Notes under the pieces: generated by a model
The model's input: the letters and a program-made list of their open reading frames with translations, nothing else
Databases searched by the model: none
Told to the model about the DNA's origin: nothing
Assembly: GCA_004431415.1 (NCBI GenBank)
Contig: QPMI01000195.1
Location: 124,001-188,000, forward strand
DNA length: 64,000 nucleotides
Origin: Cyanophora paradoxa CCMP329
Taxonomy: Eukaryota; Plantae; Glaucophyta
Direction: 5' to 3'
Program-made: the position numbers and the translations under genes
In this document: positions 1 through 13,935 of the stretch, piece after piece
Layout of the letters: every line of letters begins with the position of its first letter
Position numbering within the stretch: the stretch's first letter is position 1

Positions 1-359
1 ACTGGGAACACCTTCCAAGTCAAATTAGTACAGCGCTGGGGCCGTCGAGGTCCCCGTACTAATTCGACTTGAAAGTCGCCGGGGCCTACAGTAGTTTATT
101 GAAATGTTCACGTCCACGCAACAACAAATAATAGCAAACTCGCTACTTTACATGTCGACATGTAATTTTCTAAAAGCGAAAACGAAAGATTTCTGATTTA
201 GCGCCCGCTATTTTCCTTCAGTTCGTTTCGGGCTCCAGATATTGTGCATGTGCGACCCTTATGATCACAGGTGCGTGCTGAGAATGAAAGCAAGGGCGCC
301 GCTGAAGGCGAAGCCGACAATGGCAAGCCCCTGGATGCGCACTCAACAAGTTAGAGGCG

Positions 360-3300
360 GAATCTGCAGAAACGGGTGTACAAAATGTTTGCAAGTTGCA
401 CTAACCGAGGGCACGCTTGAGGGCACCGCAGCGTTCGGCCCTGCAACAAAGAGCATGGATCCGCAGATTAGTTTCGGTTGGTATTCATAAAAACGTATAA
501 AAGTATAGTTATTCTTACTGTACGGAATCGTTGCCGAGCCAGCCGCCGTCCACTGGAATGCCTACCAGAGCACGTATCAGTCATTGACCAAACTCTGCAA
601 TTGCGATCGCGTTCTGCAATTGCAGTTGGACGTGTGGGCTGTGCGCACATTCGCGAAGACCACCGGAATGAACGGAATCTCGCCAGGACCGGCCTCGATT
701 TGGATGTTGTACTGTGCATATGCATGCGATCAGTTTGTTCAGTCCAGAATGAGATATTCGTTGCGATCAATACGCGTACCGGAGTATTGGTCGAGAACAG
801 AAGGCGACGACGCGACAATGCCGGTGCCTCTGCATTTTAAAAACGTATTTATCAATTATCAAACGTAAAACGCGCTCGATAAATTTATGGTGCTTGCAAT
901 TGACGCACTGAATCGCACGACGACGTCGACGCCAGTTTCCGAGACACTCACATCGCTGGCCTGCCGGCTGTTGCCGGCGTTGTCGGTGATAAAGACCAGC
1001 AGCGCTTTCCGGCCACCCTGCGGGATCCGAAGAGTCCGTCAGCAAGTTCGAGAGAAAATTTGTGTGTGAACTGTCAGGTTAATTGTAATGCAAAGCACGT
1101 ACCAACGGGAAATTGCCGAGAGAGATTGATATGAAGTCAGTAGAGCCGTTCTAAAGACGCAAATTGAACACGGTTAGCAAGGGAATGACAATTAAATATT
1201 CTCTTCACGCGTACGGCCACGTTTATCAACTCGCGATCGAACTTAAGCTCACCTGAGGGGCCTGAGCGATGATGTCTGTGAGATTAAGCTTGTAGATCTC
1301 GCGGCCTTTAACGTCCTGCGGGGATGCGCATATTATAATCAGATGGTTTCGATCGCGAGCAACGCGAGGTCGACGTCGCGACATCGATCAATCACGCAAT
1401 TGCAAGAGATGACACCTTGTCTTTCACGAATGCAGACACGTTGAACTGAGAGCGCAATGATTACTTAAAAATGGAGTACATGCAAAGCAAGCTTAAATGA
1501 TTACAGGGGCGAACCGCTTTGCCGTTCACGAGCACGGGCACGGTGGAGGTTCCAGAGCTGAAAATTGGCTGCAAACGTTCAAGCGATTGTGGTCTCAATT
1601 GCAAATTGCGGCCAGAAATCGTGAAATTGAATGAAAGCAATTGCACCAGGATAGGAATATCACCAGGGGTCGGAGACGGCGTGGGCAAAGACGCAGGGGG
1701 GGGCGAGGTGGGGGTGGGCGTTGCGACGGCCGCGGGGGCTTCGCTGCACGCGCACGCGGAACCAAAGTCAGCAGCCCGATCGCGAGAGTTCAAGCGTCTA
1801 GAAGATTTCGATCGTTATGTATACCTTGGGGTCGGGCTCGGCGAAGGGTCCGCGATCTTGCTCGGGCTCGGCGACGGGCTCGGGCTCGCGATCGGGCTCG
1901 GGCTCGCGCTCGGGCTCGGGCTCGAGCTGGGAGACGGGCTTGGGCTCGGGCTCGGGGACGGGCTGGGGGACGGGCTCGGGCCTGGAGTTGGAATGCAATT
2001 CACTGCCCCCAAAAGCATTCAACAATGCGATTGAACTTGATCGACTCAAAAGCCGCACCGACGGACGAGGCATTGAAACCGCCGCCGGCAGCAGGCAGCG
2101 CTAAGTCTGACTGGAACACCACAAAGAGCTTCGCGGAGGACCCCGTAGCAGTGTACAGCGGGAGGGTGCTTCCTTCAATGACGCCATCAGCTGGAGGGGA
2201 TATGCCTTTAAGTGACGTCAAGTTGGTGAGCGTGGGCGTTGAACCCGCCACCGAGCTCGAGCTCGAGTACACCTGATCACGCGCATATATATATATATAT
2301 GATAAAACGGAATTCGAATGATCGTTAGTGGTGACGCTGACCCAGGTTGGATCACAAGGCGGATTGCAGGCATCTTCCGTGACGATCTTCTCGAACGTGA
2401 GGGTCACGTTGCTGTCGGGGCTGCAGCCGGCTGGCACCTCGAAAACCCTGCTCGGTCGTGACCAGCGCGAAAAAGGACGAAATGCAACGCATAGATAAAC
2501 ATGTGTTACGTGAACCACACGAACCAAAAGCCGAAGCTGCCGTCGACGTAGGGCCCGTAGCTGATCGATGTCGTTGAGGTGTTGTACTTGGCACTATCGA
2601 AGGTTTGGACCCAGCCAGCTGCAGTCGTGTCCAGCGCCGGCGGGGCCGACGGCGTCGCTGGAAACGTTTGCGAGCAGGGTACCGGTGATAGCGCAATAAT
2701 GAGAAATAAAATCTCGCGAGCCCATGCGCCACTTACTTTCGGTCGCTGGGACGCTCCAGTAAAGGGCAGCAAAACTATAGGGCCAATAGGTGTGATACGC
2801 GTCCACAAAAATATGGGACGAAGAAGATGTTAGCAAGGTGCCGTCGGTCCGTACGCTCGAGCCGATCGCCATCAGAGCCGGCGGGGACACGCCGAAGTCG
2901 ACTACCTGCGAGAAAGTCAAACCAACGGACTGGAAGTTTGATCTCGTGCTACTAAGCTATAAATATCATCTTGAGGCCAGGACTTATGACTTGCCCGGAC
3001 TCCTGTTCCGGCCGGTGAATTGGGATCGCCGCCAGCCCCTCCATACTGCTGAGCGACGAATTCTATCTGCACAACCTCGCCGTCCGCGGCCTTGATTATC
3101 CTGCGTCAACGCTCACGCGTGTCAGTGATGCACACGAACGTCAACTCAGACAGACGAACTCTGCCACCGCACCATGCGCGACTGTCTGCGGGTTCTCCAT
3201 CGCCCTCGTAGGTGATGTTCAGCCAAGCGGGGGTCGAGGACGCCGGCGCGATCAGCACTCCCGACGGCGTGCTGTCCGCCGTGATCTTTTCTTCGACGGC

Positions 3301-3369
3301 ATTGGCAGCGGGGATGCAGACACACACTGCCGCGACCAAGAGAAGGGCCTGCCTAGCTAGACTCGCCAT
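360..3369 (-). CDS. Gene A1: multi-exon secreted/cell-surface protein with signal peptide, CUB-like domain and (Ser-Pro)n linker; 3' end approximate
   Basis: ATG at 3369 gives [24 protein letters not shown], a signal peptide. Exons read [20 protein letters not shown] and LFVVFQSD...GGGFNAS, a CUB-like pattern. SPSPSP run at ~1830-1985. Coding blocks are separated by short introns, and exons are homologous to 27150-30173. Confidence 0.7.
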
Positions 3370-3957
3370 GACGTTAAAAGGTGCTATTAATGTGCTCTGA
3401 CCAAAACTCTTTAAGTCTTGTCGATCGCTTTGTGCACGTTCACTCACTGCCAGGCTGAGCTCGCGATCGCCGAGTCGAGTCGACGTCCTGCAGACTGCAG
3501 TCCGCTAGGTATAGTCTTTAGCCTCGTCGAGTCGGTTCCGAAGTTATCGCCAAGTCATTGCGATCGGTTAATTAATCAATGAGGCTGTGACTGAGCCCAC
3601 TGCAGGCTGCAGCCAACGCGACCGATCGATTCGCAAGTGACTCGCGATCGCAACTTGCAATATTAATTGGACTCGCACGACTCATTTAATTACGTATCAT
3701 AATATATACGTACGACGGTAGCTATACGTATATACGTATACTATGACAGTAGTACCGTATTACGGTAGTACGGATTCGTAGTACGGAGTGCGGGAGTCTG
3801 ACCGACTCCGACGCCAATCGCGATCAATGAGTCAACGGTCATATGCATGATCACGGAAATCGAATATTTTAATCGAGCGCGGCGGGAATCAAAAGATCGC
3901 AATTGTTTCTGTTTGCAAGCCACTGGGCCAAATTATTTCAAGTTTAGCGTGAGCCTA

Positions 3958-4245
3958 CCGTGTGACGCTATATACCATGACGGTCAAATTAATGTCGTTA
4001 TAAAAACCGAGCCTTCTCTTAAAAATTCTCTTTGAGAAATATGACGTCCCAAAATTATGTCGTCATGAAATTTTCAGGCGTACACGAATGGGACGGTAAA
4101 TTGGGGGGGGGGGGGGTAACACTAAGCACGCCTTTTTATGACGTCCCCAAATTAGGATGTCGCTATGCAAGTTTTCGGCGACATAATTTGGGGATGACAC
4201 AACAAAGTGCGTATCTTAATATAGTGTTAATATAGTGTTACACGG
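3958..4245. mobile_element. Tc1/mariner/pogo-type MITE with TA target duplication
   Basis: TA|CCGTGTGACGCTATA ... TATAGTGTTACACGG|TA, an imperfect 15-bp TIR around an AT-rich non-coding interior. Confidence 0.65.
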
Positions 4246-5447
4246 TAGTCTAACGCTCATGCTATGAGCCTATGACTCACAGTGATGGCGCCGCGCGACG
4301 GCACGCGGCGCCGTATCAGTGATATCGATGGTAAGTACCGGTGATCAAAACTGTGACTCAGTGACTGCTCCTCTTATTTGTACAAATAAAAGAAAAAGTG
4401 TAGCCAACTTTTACAGCTCTTATCATCATTATATTGTTCAATCAACTTTTACAGCTCTTATCAATTCAGTATAATTCAATTTAGTATCATACACTGACTT
4501 CCATAGTATCAGGCCCCGTTCCGCATGCCATGATGATTCTAGTACTGTATACTGAGCTCGAGCCACGAGTCCCACGACTCCCACGAGGCAATCGGGCGCA
4601 AAAAACCGATTGGAGTCCGTTTTTCATCGCTTTATGATCATTTTTGTCTTTTCTTTGTCGCCGGATGCCCCGTAAGGGCCGCAAGGGCCCGTAATTATAA
4701 GTTCAACGTTGGGGACCGTAAGTAACCCCCATTTACGTATACGTAACCCCCGTAACCATATACGTAACCCCCGTAACCGGGCCCCGTTCATGCTTTGAAA
4801 TTTCAGGCGGCGTCGCCGGCCCGGGGTCCGCCCCGCGCCGCCCGCGCGCGGCCGGCGCGCCCCGGCCCCGGCTCCGCCCGGCGGCCCGGCGCCGGCGGCG
4901 GGCCGGCGCCGGCGGCACCGCGCCGTGCAGCGTGACTCAGTGACCGCGGCGGCGCCCAGCGTGGGCACGGAGGATTGATACCGCCGCATTACCGCGTCAC
5001 ATCATTGCAATTCAGGTGCTGCAGTGTTCCGATTGTTTTTATTTTCTCTACGTCGCCGGATGCCCCGTTCATGAAGCTGCAGGGCCAGTCACTGAGTGCG
5101 CTGAGTGCAGCCTGCAGCTGCAGGCTGCAGCCTAGGCCTGCAGCTAGGCGGCGCCGCCGGCGGATTGCGGATCCGGGAATCAGGGCCGGGACTCCGGGAT
5201 ATGGATGGCCCGGATCATGGCCGGATGGGCCGGGCCGGGGCCCGGGGGCCGGGAGCCGGGGCCTGCGAGGCTGCGCCGGCGGTGCCCGGCGGTTCTCCGA
5301 GTCCGGGGCCCCGGCCCGACTCGGCGGTCGCGCGGCCTGAAATGTTTTTAAATTGAAGAGTACGTTGCTACCGTACTAACCAGGGGTATTGTTTTGAGAG
5401 ACTACGGTGGGGCGAACCCCCCGTAGGTAGTGATAGTATACGTAAGG

Positions 5448-6000
5448 ATAACAAATCACAAATCATGATCAAAGATAGAGCAGACTATCACAAATCACAT
5501 AATCAAGAAGGATCACGAGAAGGGACACGATCATAACAACACAAAAGATAAGGAAACCGAGCACGAGGAGAACTCGGAAGTAGTAGAAGAGCTCAAAGGC
5601 ATCGACACAGCAGTACTAGTCACACTAGAACGACGAGCTCGAGGAGCACGGGGACGCAGTAAATAAGGAGAACGAACACGAGAAACTACAGTCGAAGATC
5701 CAGATCTAGAGCTGAAAGACACGACAGAACTAGTCGCACTCAAACTAGCAGGTACAGGAATAAAAGACGAGGTAGCAGTACTAACAGATCTAGACGAAGA
5801 CGACGAGATGGAGTTAACAGCAGAATGAGAAGACGTAGTCGCAAGGGACGGAGACGGCAGAACAGTCCAAGCTCGAGGGGCGAAACGAGGGACACCACTA
5901 GAAGGGAAAGTCGAAGCCTTGAAGCTGACGAAGTGTGTACTCCGTAGACATCCCCGCCATGATGATATATATAACAGGTGCTTTCATCATGCCATGATGA
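5448..6000 (-). mobile_element. Possible 3' UTR remnant of a non-LTR retrotransposon
   Basis: Strongly A/G-rich plus strand, similar in style to the 3' part of the LINE fragment at 56116-56400. No ORF motif or TSD identified. Confidence 0.3.
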
Positions 6001-6167
6001 TGCACACATTATGCGTACATATCGGCGTAGTCCGGCGCGGCCGCCGGCTCACTACGGTAGGCGATCGATACGTAGCTATAGTTTACGCCGACGCCGACTC
6101 TACTCGTGCGGTACTATTCCGGATCCGTAGTACGTATTTACCGAATGACGTCCTCGTCCGAATCACG

Positions 6168-6350
6168 GGGTGGGTGGGGGTGGGGTGGATAGATGGGTGG
6201 GGGGGGGGGGGGGGGACGGGGTGGGGGTGGGGGGGAGGGGAGGGGCTGTACTGGTTGGCTGCGGGGGGGCGGGGGGGGGGGGGAGGGGAGGGGCTGTACT
6301 GGTTGGCTGCGGGGGGGGGGGGGGGGGGGGGGGGCTTTACCGGTTGGCTG
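6168..6350. repeat. G-run minisatellite (G-tract + GCTGTACTGGTTGGCTG, about 3 copies)
   Basis: Directly visible tandem units separated by poly-G tracts. Confidence 0.75.
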
Positions 6351-6399
6351 AGGCGGACCCCCGGCGGTTGCGTATACGTATACCGTAGAACCCTTGCGT

Positions 6400-7265
6400 T
6401 ACCAGATAAATGCGTTTTCTGCAAAGACAACGCATTACTTTGGTACCGCTTAATATCAAAACGCTAAGAAACTGCTGTAACCCCCGGCCTTTCAAGTGGT
6501 TGAAGTCGTCACGGCGTGTCATCGGTCGCGGCGGCCGGTGGCCGCGGGCCCGCGGCGACTCACCGCACTCGTCTAAATTCAGTGTCAGCAGTGTCTAATC
6601 GCACTTCGAATTCTATCTACGTATACTTCTCTGCAGTGTCATCACCGTCGGATGTCGAAAAGTGCGCTTTCCAAACCGATGCCCCCATTGCAAGCGTCGA
6701 CGTCGCAACGGCTCGGCGGCCGCGAGCGCGCCGCGGCGGCGCGGACGCCGGCGAGCTCGATATCGGTTGAGCGTTGTCCCCGGAGGGTTGCGGAAGCTGC
6801 CAGCAAAGGGCTCCGCCTCCGCCTCGTCCTCGGCCTCCTTGGTCTCTTTCTCGTCGAGCGCCCGCCGCAGCGACTCGATCACCCACTGGCGCCGCGCCCA
6901 CGCCAGGGCCCGGGAAAAACAAAAGGAGGGCCCGGGAAGAAAAGAGATGGGGCGGGGGGGGCGGGGGCGGGGGGGGGGGGGGGGGGAGCTCGCCGCGGAG
7001 CTGCCGCGTCTGCCCCTTCTGCTAGCGCTTTCCCAGCTCCAAATGCTCCCCCGGAACCTGCCCAGCTCAGCTCAGCTCATGATCAGCGAAGTCGAGCGGA
7101 GGAATAGGCAGCTGCAGGGCAGGGACCTGCGAGCTCCGATGGGATGCAGGTGACGCAGCGCCAGGACTGGCCCACGTACACCTGCCCCGTATCTGAGTAG
7201 CGCCGTCACGTGCACGCCGCCCGCGCATGCCCGGTCCCCGTCAGCGGCCCCGGCGAGCGCTAGCT
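6400..7265 (-). mobile_element. Dispersed repeat copy 1: non-autonomous element with a terminal hairpin and degraded exon fragments
   Basis: Collinear homology with 24262-25045, including the shared GGTACCGCTTAATATCAAAACGCTAAGAAAC and CAGGTGACGCAGCGC.AGGACTGGCCC blocks. Confidence 0.65.
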
Positions 7266-8174
7266 ATCATTTTATAGGTGGATGCACGTCCCCGCTCATA
7301 GCGGTGTGGTTATCATACACGCTTTTCATTTCATGCCTTCCGTGTTCGAATCGCCCTGCGATGAGAATCACGCCTTCGAATCCCGCCCGTTCCACATAAT
7401 TCCGATCGATCATGCCCCACCTTGCCTGTATACGCCCCCACAGTGCTGGAGTAGACTAGAGGCTGTGGCCGGTAATTCACAAAAAAAAAAATAGCAAGCA
7501 CTTATTCTGGATATTCTGGCGTATACATATATACAGGCACGTGCACCCGGCCATGCATATGGCCATGGCATAGCCAGGATAAAAGCATGCGCAGACCGAC
7601 TTTCGAACTGGCCGGCTAAGACAGCGTGACACACAATATTTAATCTGACGGGAGCATGCGCAATCGCAAGGGGTGAATAGCAGCTGACTCCCCCCCCCCC
7701 TCGTCTCCCCCGCCCCCCCCCCCTCCCCCCCCCATCCCCCCTCCCCCTCCCCCTTGCAATCATGGGCGATTCAATAATTTCTTTATTTGCGTAGCCAGCA
7801 CGAAACACATAGCGATTGCAATTGGACTATATATATAGCTAGCTGCAAGCTTTAGGTCAGCGAAAGCGAAAGGGCGAAAACAAGCAGATTTATTTAATTA
7901 TTTGCCATCCATGCGCATGCACGCGCACGTGCATGTGCATGTGTTAGAACTGCAATTCGTGGCCGTCAATGACTCCAAAGATCAAGACGCTTGCAATCAC
8001 CGCGAGCGTGACGATGAGTGACAGCTGCGCGAGACAAAATATGTACAGTGAGAGACCTTAGTTAATTACACGGGGGATAGGTAACGGGTCTTAAACGAGT
8101 TATGTGTAAACGGTGATAATGATTGGGTTTGCGCCTCTAGCTACTTGAAGACAGCAACTGTGATCATCGGTGAT

Positions 8175-9285
8175 CTATGATTTGATCGCGCACCGTCGAA
8201 AAGGATGCAGCTGCCGCAGTTCCGGCGTTCGGCCAGTAAGGTACGAACGTGCTGGCTTCCTGGTACACGAAAGCCTGCCACACGTGCGCAAAAGGAATTT
8301 CAGCTGTACAATTCTATAGCCAGATCTGAAATTTGGTTCCAGTGAACGCAAGGCGCACGTTCCCGAGGACGAAGCTCCGGAAGGCAGGAGTGCCAGTGCC
8401 GCTGTCGCTCTCGATGCGGAGGTTGTAGTTCTTGCCGGCGACGAGCTGGAGCAGGAGGCGCGAGCGCAGCTGGCGGCTGTTCCCGCCCCGGTTCGAGTTG
8501 AGCGGCGGGATCTTGAATCGGATCTCTCTGGTTGACACGATGGCCGGCTGCAAATGAATTCGAATGAGCGTCCGGATATCTTAGCCAAACCAAGCCCAAT
8601 AATTCAACCGAGAAGAGAGAAAAACTATTTGCCTGAATGGCCGCGAGTCTAATTGACGGGTTGTTGGGATCTTCGATGTAGATCTTGATGGGTTCTCCGA
8701 CGGGCAAATTTTCACCAAAAATACTGACGAAGTCGCTTGTGCCGGTCTGCGAGCTCGGGGTGTAAGTAAAAAGTTCGAGATGCCGCATACAATTGCAAGC
8801 AGATCGCACCACGGGAGCATTCACGACGGGCCTGCTGAGCGTCACCTGAACATGACGCACTGCATAAGTGCGCGCTGCTTTTGACGGCAATTATATATAT
8901 CAGGCATGCAGCTATATTGCTAACAACCAACCTTGAAGCTGCCGTCCGGTTGGACTGTGCCGCCCGTGACATTGAAAGTAAAGCCGTTGATGGAGATTTG
9001 CACGAGATTGATGACTGGCTGTCGGGTTTCATTGAGGGTTTAGCCTTAGAGCAATATTGATTGTAACACTCGTGATCATTACCAGGGGAGAGGGCGTCAG
9101 CGGCGGAACAGTCGGTGCAGGCGTCGGAAACTCCGCGGACGGAGTGGGGACGGCCGTCGGGCTCGGAGTCGCCACATTGGAGGGAGAAGCTGCGCGGTAG
9201 CCGAGGAAGTGCTTTTTAGAAGGCATACTATGATTTTGAGTTCAAATAAAAAGCAGGGAGCTCGAGGTGCCGGCGCGCACTTGAG

Positions 9286-9329
<44 letters not shown>

Positions 9330-11826
9330 AGACGGGCTTGGCGATGGAGACGGGCTCGGGGACGGGCTCGGGGACGGGCTAGCCGACTGGTTTAAGTGGG
9401 GCTCGTGATCAATGGCAATATGAATCGTCGATTTCGAGCGAGTCGATGACGGAAAGGCGGGCTTACGGGCGACGGGCTGGGAGAGGGCGTAGGGAAGGCA
9501 AGTGTAACGTTCAAGCGGTGCGCGTAGATATAGTATCCATCCCATGAGGCGTAGAAGATCGGATAGTCGCGCGTTCCCACGTTCGTGAGACCGAATTCGG
9601 GAGTCTCGAGGTTACCTCCCGGCGCAGGTCTGAACATTTGCACGCGCGTCCTCCGGCGGTGAGCTCGAGTACGCATGCATGCGTACGTATATATCTATAT
9701 GCAGCCCCGATAGAAGCGCTATATATGCCATGATGAAAGCAGACGCACGGAATAACAAAATCGATAGCTTCGTCCACCATTTCTGTGCCAGTCGCGTCGA
9801 AAGAACGGATCTTCTCGACATCTGAATATGTGACGGAAGAGACAAGACGCCAGATTTGGGATCTGCCCGACGGTCGAGTTTTTTATTATTCTAATATAAA
9901 CCGTAATCTCAATTGCAATATTAGTTCATTTGCGATCGACGCGCACGTTGATGACGTTGTCTTCACAATTGCGAGTCCTCTGAACATGGAATCCGCAGCA
10001 CCAGGAATTATTGTGAAATTCTGAACTTCCACCGCGCCAGACGAAGGAACTGTCACCTGCGCGAATTCGAAACGGTCACAAGCGCCTTAACATATAGCTT
10101 GCTCCCGCGTTCAATGCCACGATCGCAAGCTTAAGCATACCTTGATGATGCGGCTGGGAAGAGAATCACCCTCAACTTCGGATTGAGTGCGAAACACGCC
10201 CGCGTAGAGCACGTCGTTGCCGTTGGCGTCCTGGTCGATGTCCAACGAAGTGTAGCCTACGTCGTTGTTTCCGGTATTTTCCGACAGCGCCGCGACAAAT
10301 GTTTCACTTCCATCTGGAAAAATGAATCGAATGCGAGATAAATGTGAAATACCGCGCCACCCCGCATTTGCAAAAATATCTGCACCAAGCGAGACGGAGA
10401 AGATTTCCGCGCCAGATTTGCCGGCGAAGTCTGTGCTTGTAAATTGGGACAGATGGCGCCGATCGCTGCAATCACATGCCGTTCGCGTTGCCAGCACGTA
10501 TATCTTGTTGCTGCTTGCGCTGAAAGCCATAGCAAATGGGACAAGTTTGTAGTCGATGTTTTTGGTGTACGGCGCCGAAGATTTGCACGTAGGTTTGTTT
10601 TCTTCAGCCGGGCACTTGCTCTCCCAAATTCGTTTCATGCGGCCAGTCTACGCACGAACCCGAATCAGACTCAGCAAACACCCCGACCCGCTAGATGGAC
10701 GAACCGAAAGATCGAGGTATCCGATGGATTCGGTGTTCCCAGGATTGTCCAAGAAGAACAGACCCGAGCTCGAGTTCGCGGCTAAGTCGTTCACATAGCT
10801 GACGTCGATTGCGCAAGATTCGCGTCAGCTCCACGCATGTGAATTCGATGTACATTTGTCAAACTCTTTATCGTTTGCACCTAAAGAAGACGTCCTCGCC
10901 AACGGCTGCGACCGATTCGCCGAGCGGAACATTCTTGAAAGATGTGCCCCCCTCCGCAGGCGCCATCGGCATTCCAGCCACGAGCTCGGAGCCGCAGGTA
11001 GAGTTGACCCTCCAGATTGCGTATGTAGTGCCGACGTAGAGGTTTCCTGCGAGCCCGCGTTGAGATGTCGTCGGGAAGAATCGGTGTCGGTATCGATATA
11101 TAACTTTACGTCGGTAGTTAACTGTTAGTGAACAACAATATCAAGAATGCGGGGCACCATCATATGCGTTGTAGCGGAGGCCTTCGCGGAAAAACATTGT
11201 GACGAGTCATGACCAGCAGCATATTAAATTTTAATGTGTAATAATTGTGAGCGGGTCTATACTGCAGCGCACTGTTAATATATCCGGTCGAGCCACCCGT
11301 GCCAATTCCTGATCGCGACAGGTGAAGGGGAGCACGTGTAAGTCAACTCGTCATGATCAGTCGCAGTGACATGCATATGTTCACAAGAGTGGGGGCTTCT
11401 TTATGATTTCGAATTCTTAAAACATTCAGCTTTCTTCGCGCGCGGAAGGATCTTTCGGTCTTCTAGATCGATCTATATCTAATTTTGCACGCTTGCAATT
11501 GAGTGATCATAAACCGCCAGACGGCGGCTCGAGAGCCGCGAGCTCGAGACGAACCAGCAAGCGGGACGTCCTGGGGGGGGTCGGAGCCGTCTTGCTTCTT
11601 ATCGCCAAAGCAGAACGTGTAGTTCCCCTGGGCGACATCGTTCCAGGCCGCGCCGACGGGCAGCGAGGGGATGCCCGGCAGGAGGCGGTCCGAAAGCGTC
11701 GCGGTGCTCGCCGCTGGTGTGGAAAGGGGCGCAATCAGTCCGGAGTCGCACTGCCGGGCTCTTCAGCGGGCACGCACCGACAGTCACGGCGACCACAGCC
11801 AGCCAAAGCAAGCCGGGGCGCATCAT
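8175..11826 (-). CDS. Gene B1: multi-exon secreted protein with signal peptide, (Ser-Pro)n linker and C-terminal IPT/TIG-like domain; 3' end approximate
   Basis: MMRPGLLWLAVVAVTVGA signal peptide. Long exon 10140-10800. SP repeat at 9285-9385. YTPSSQTGTSDFVSIFGENLP...AIVSTREIRFKIPP resembles IPT/TIG. Close paralog at 59634-63590. Confidence 0.7.
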
Positions 11827-12583
11827 CGGGATTTGGTGGGGCGTGCGCATCGACTTCGAACCACGTGCACGTCGTTGATGTGCTCCGCTCTTTGAAGTTT
11901 AGGTTTGGCCCTCGCAGACAAGTTCGTGGCAGTGCAAGAGTACTGCCAACTCAGTGCCTTCCGGGTTGTTTGCCGAGTCGGCAGTGACTCGGCACTGAAA
12001 TCACCGGAGTTTTCTTAAATTAAATGCAATTTGAATTGCCGATCATTGCATTTTAATCTAGATCTTAATGGCATCATTGCATACTTAGTAGTAGCGGTCC
12101 TTCATGATCTCTCAGAGTCTACAGCTCGGCACTGGCAGCCCGGCGCCGGGCGGCCCGGGCCATGGCCCATCATGGGATTCATGGCATGGCCCAGTGGCCA
12201 GCGCGCGGACCCGGGAAGGCGCCGGCAGCCGCGCCCCGGGGCCCGCCGGCAGGCCCTGAGGGCATGACAACCGCACTGCGCATGTGGCAAAAATGATTGA
12301 ATATTAATCACCGTGGCACATTGAATCGATCGCGAGCACTGAGTCTACTACTAGGCTATTTAGAATTATCGCGGATGCCAATGATATCGATGTACATGTC
12401 ACCGTTTCTACTGTAGTACTAATAGTTCTGCCGCAGTGCATTAGAACTACGTATACCGTTACTACCGTATACGCGCGCCGTGACTGGCAACTTCGAATTC
12501 AGTCTGTCGGTCCGAGTCACCCGGGGGCCGGGACCGGCAGTCTGTAGGTCGGTACGGTAGCGGTAGGGTGGCCTAGTAGCCTA

Positions 12584-12927
12584 CTGTAATTCGGGTAATA
12601 TTTAAGACCCCAAAATAATTAATAATCCCGGGGTTTGGTCGGTTTAGCAGGCTGAAAATAATTAAGAGATAGCCGCGCGGAGCGCTTTAGTAGCGGCCTT
12701 TCAAGTTTGGAAGGGGGTGGGCGCGCCAGGGGGTCTTGATCTGTTGGAGAGTCCGGAAGCCCCCTCGCACTATAGCTAGCTTCTCCCGCACTGCAACTCT
12801 GGCTGCGCGCGCGGGCTACGTACCCCCCCTCGCACCTCGGTTTAGTATACGATAAAACTTTAGTAGTCAGGCCTCAAAACTTTGGTACTGTAAAGATCCA
12901 GTATACTAAATATTTCCCGGCTTACAG
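12584..12927. mobile_element. Tc1/mariner-type MITE, TA TSD
   Basis: TA|CTGTAATTCGGGTAATATTTAAG ... CTAAATATTTCCCGGCTTACAG|TA. Confidence 0.7.
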
Positions 12928-12986
12928 TATAGCTATTAGCTAGTAGTGGGCCGGGCCTACGCGTAGTAGTCGCGTACACATGCACA

Positions 12987-13211
12987 CTGTAAAACACGAA
13001 ATATCCGGCGGAACTTAATACTCGGCACGTTTCAGTATAGCCTTGTGGAGCCAAATATTTGAAACTGCCGGAATTGTGCACATGTATCGCAAAAGAGGGA
13101 TCGATGTACCCGCCGTCTTGGCGGACTGGCTCCACATTTAATTCATGATCAAGATCGGCGCATTTCTGGGGTTTTGCCGAAATGTCACGCTGGAGATTGC
13201 ATGCTTTACAG
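12987..13211. mobile_element. Second Tc1/mariner-type MITE, degenerate
   Basis: CTGTAAAACACGAAATATCCGGCG ... CGCTGGAGATTGCATGCTTTACAG|TA imperfect TIR. The left flank is CA instead of TA. Confidence 0.5.
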
Positions 13212-13633
13212 TAATACTACATAGTACGGTACATATACGTCGTGTATATAGGCGTCTTGATTCAATGATTGCGTAAATTCCCTCAAGTTAGTGGTCACTG
13301 CCGCTCACTTGTAATCATAAAAGGGAATCAAAAGATTGCTTCGAATTCGATCATTGGATTTGAGATCTAGCTTAGGCCCTTAGGGTCCGTAGTTCTAGAT
13401 CTAGGCTAGACGCCGCTAGAGGCGCCGGGGTGACGCCGTGACGGCGGGGTCCGGTCCCCGTCCGGAATGGCGGCGGAATCCCGGCCCCGGCACTGGGCCA
13501 GCAGACTCCCGGAGACTGGGGCGGAGTCCGGCAAATTAAATATTTGTTCAAATTTGTTTTTTAACTTTCCGCCGGCGGCGCCGCCTGAATGAACGGGGCA
13601 TCCGGCGACAAAGAAACTTGGAACGCCTAACTA

Positions 13634-13935
13634 CTGTAAGTCGGGAAATATTTAGTATACTGGATCTTTATAGTACCAAAGTTTTAATTTGAGGCCCGAC
13701 TAGTAGCGGCGACTACTAAAGTTTTATCGTATACTAAACCTGAGGTGCTGGGGGGGGTACGTAGCGCAGCCGTTGATGCAGCGCGGGAGAATTCGAAGCT
13801 AGCTGTAGTGCGAGGTGGCTCCCGGACGCTCCAACAGATCAAGACCCCCTAGGGCCCTAGCGCCGGCCGCCTTCAAGCGCCTTGTCTGTGTACGTAGCTG
13901 TACATGTCCTGTAGGCTGTAGCTCCTTAATTTTTA
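13634..13935. mobile_element. Inverted, truncated copy of the 12584-12927 MITE
   Basis: 13634-13850 is the diverged reverse complement of ~12730-12927 and starts TA|CTGTAAGTCGGGAAATATTTAG. Second TIR not found. Confidence 0.65.

Noticed and set aside
12584-13935. One large element with ~200-bp TIRs
   Set aside because: The TA-flanked termini show a complete MITE (12584-12927) plus a separate inverted partial copy.
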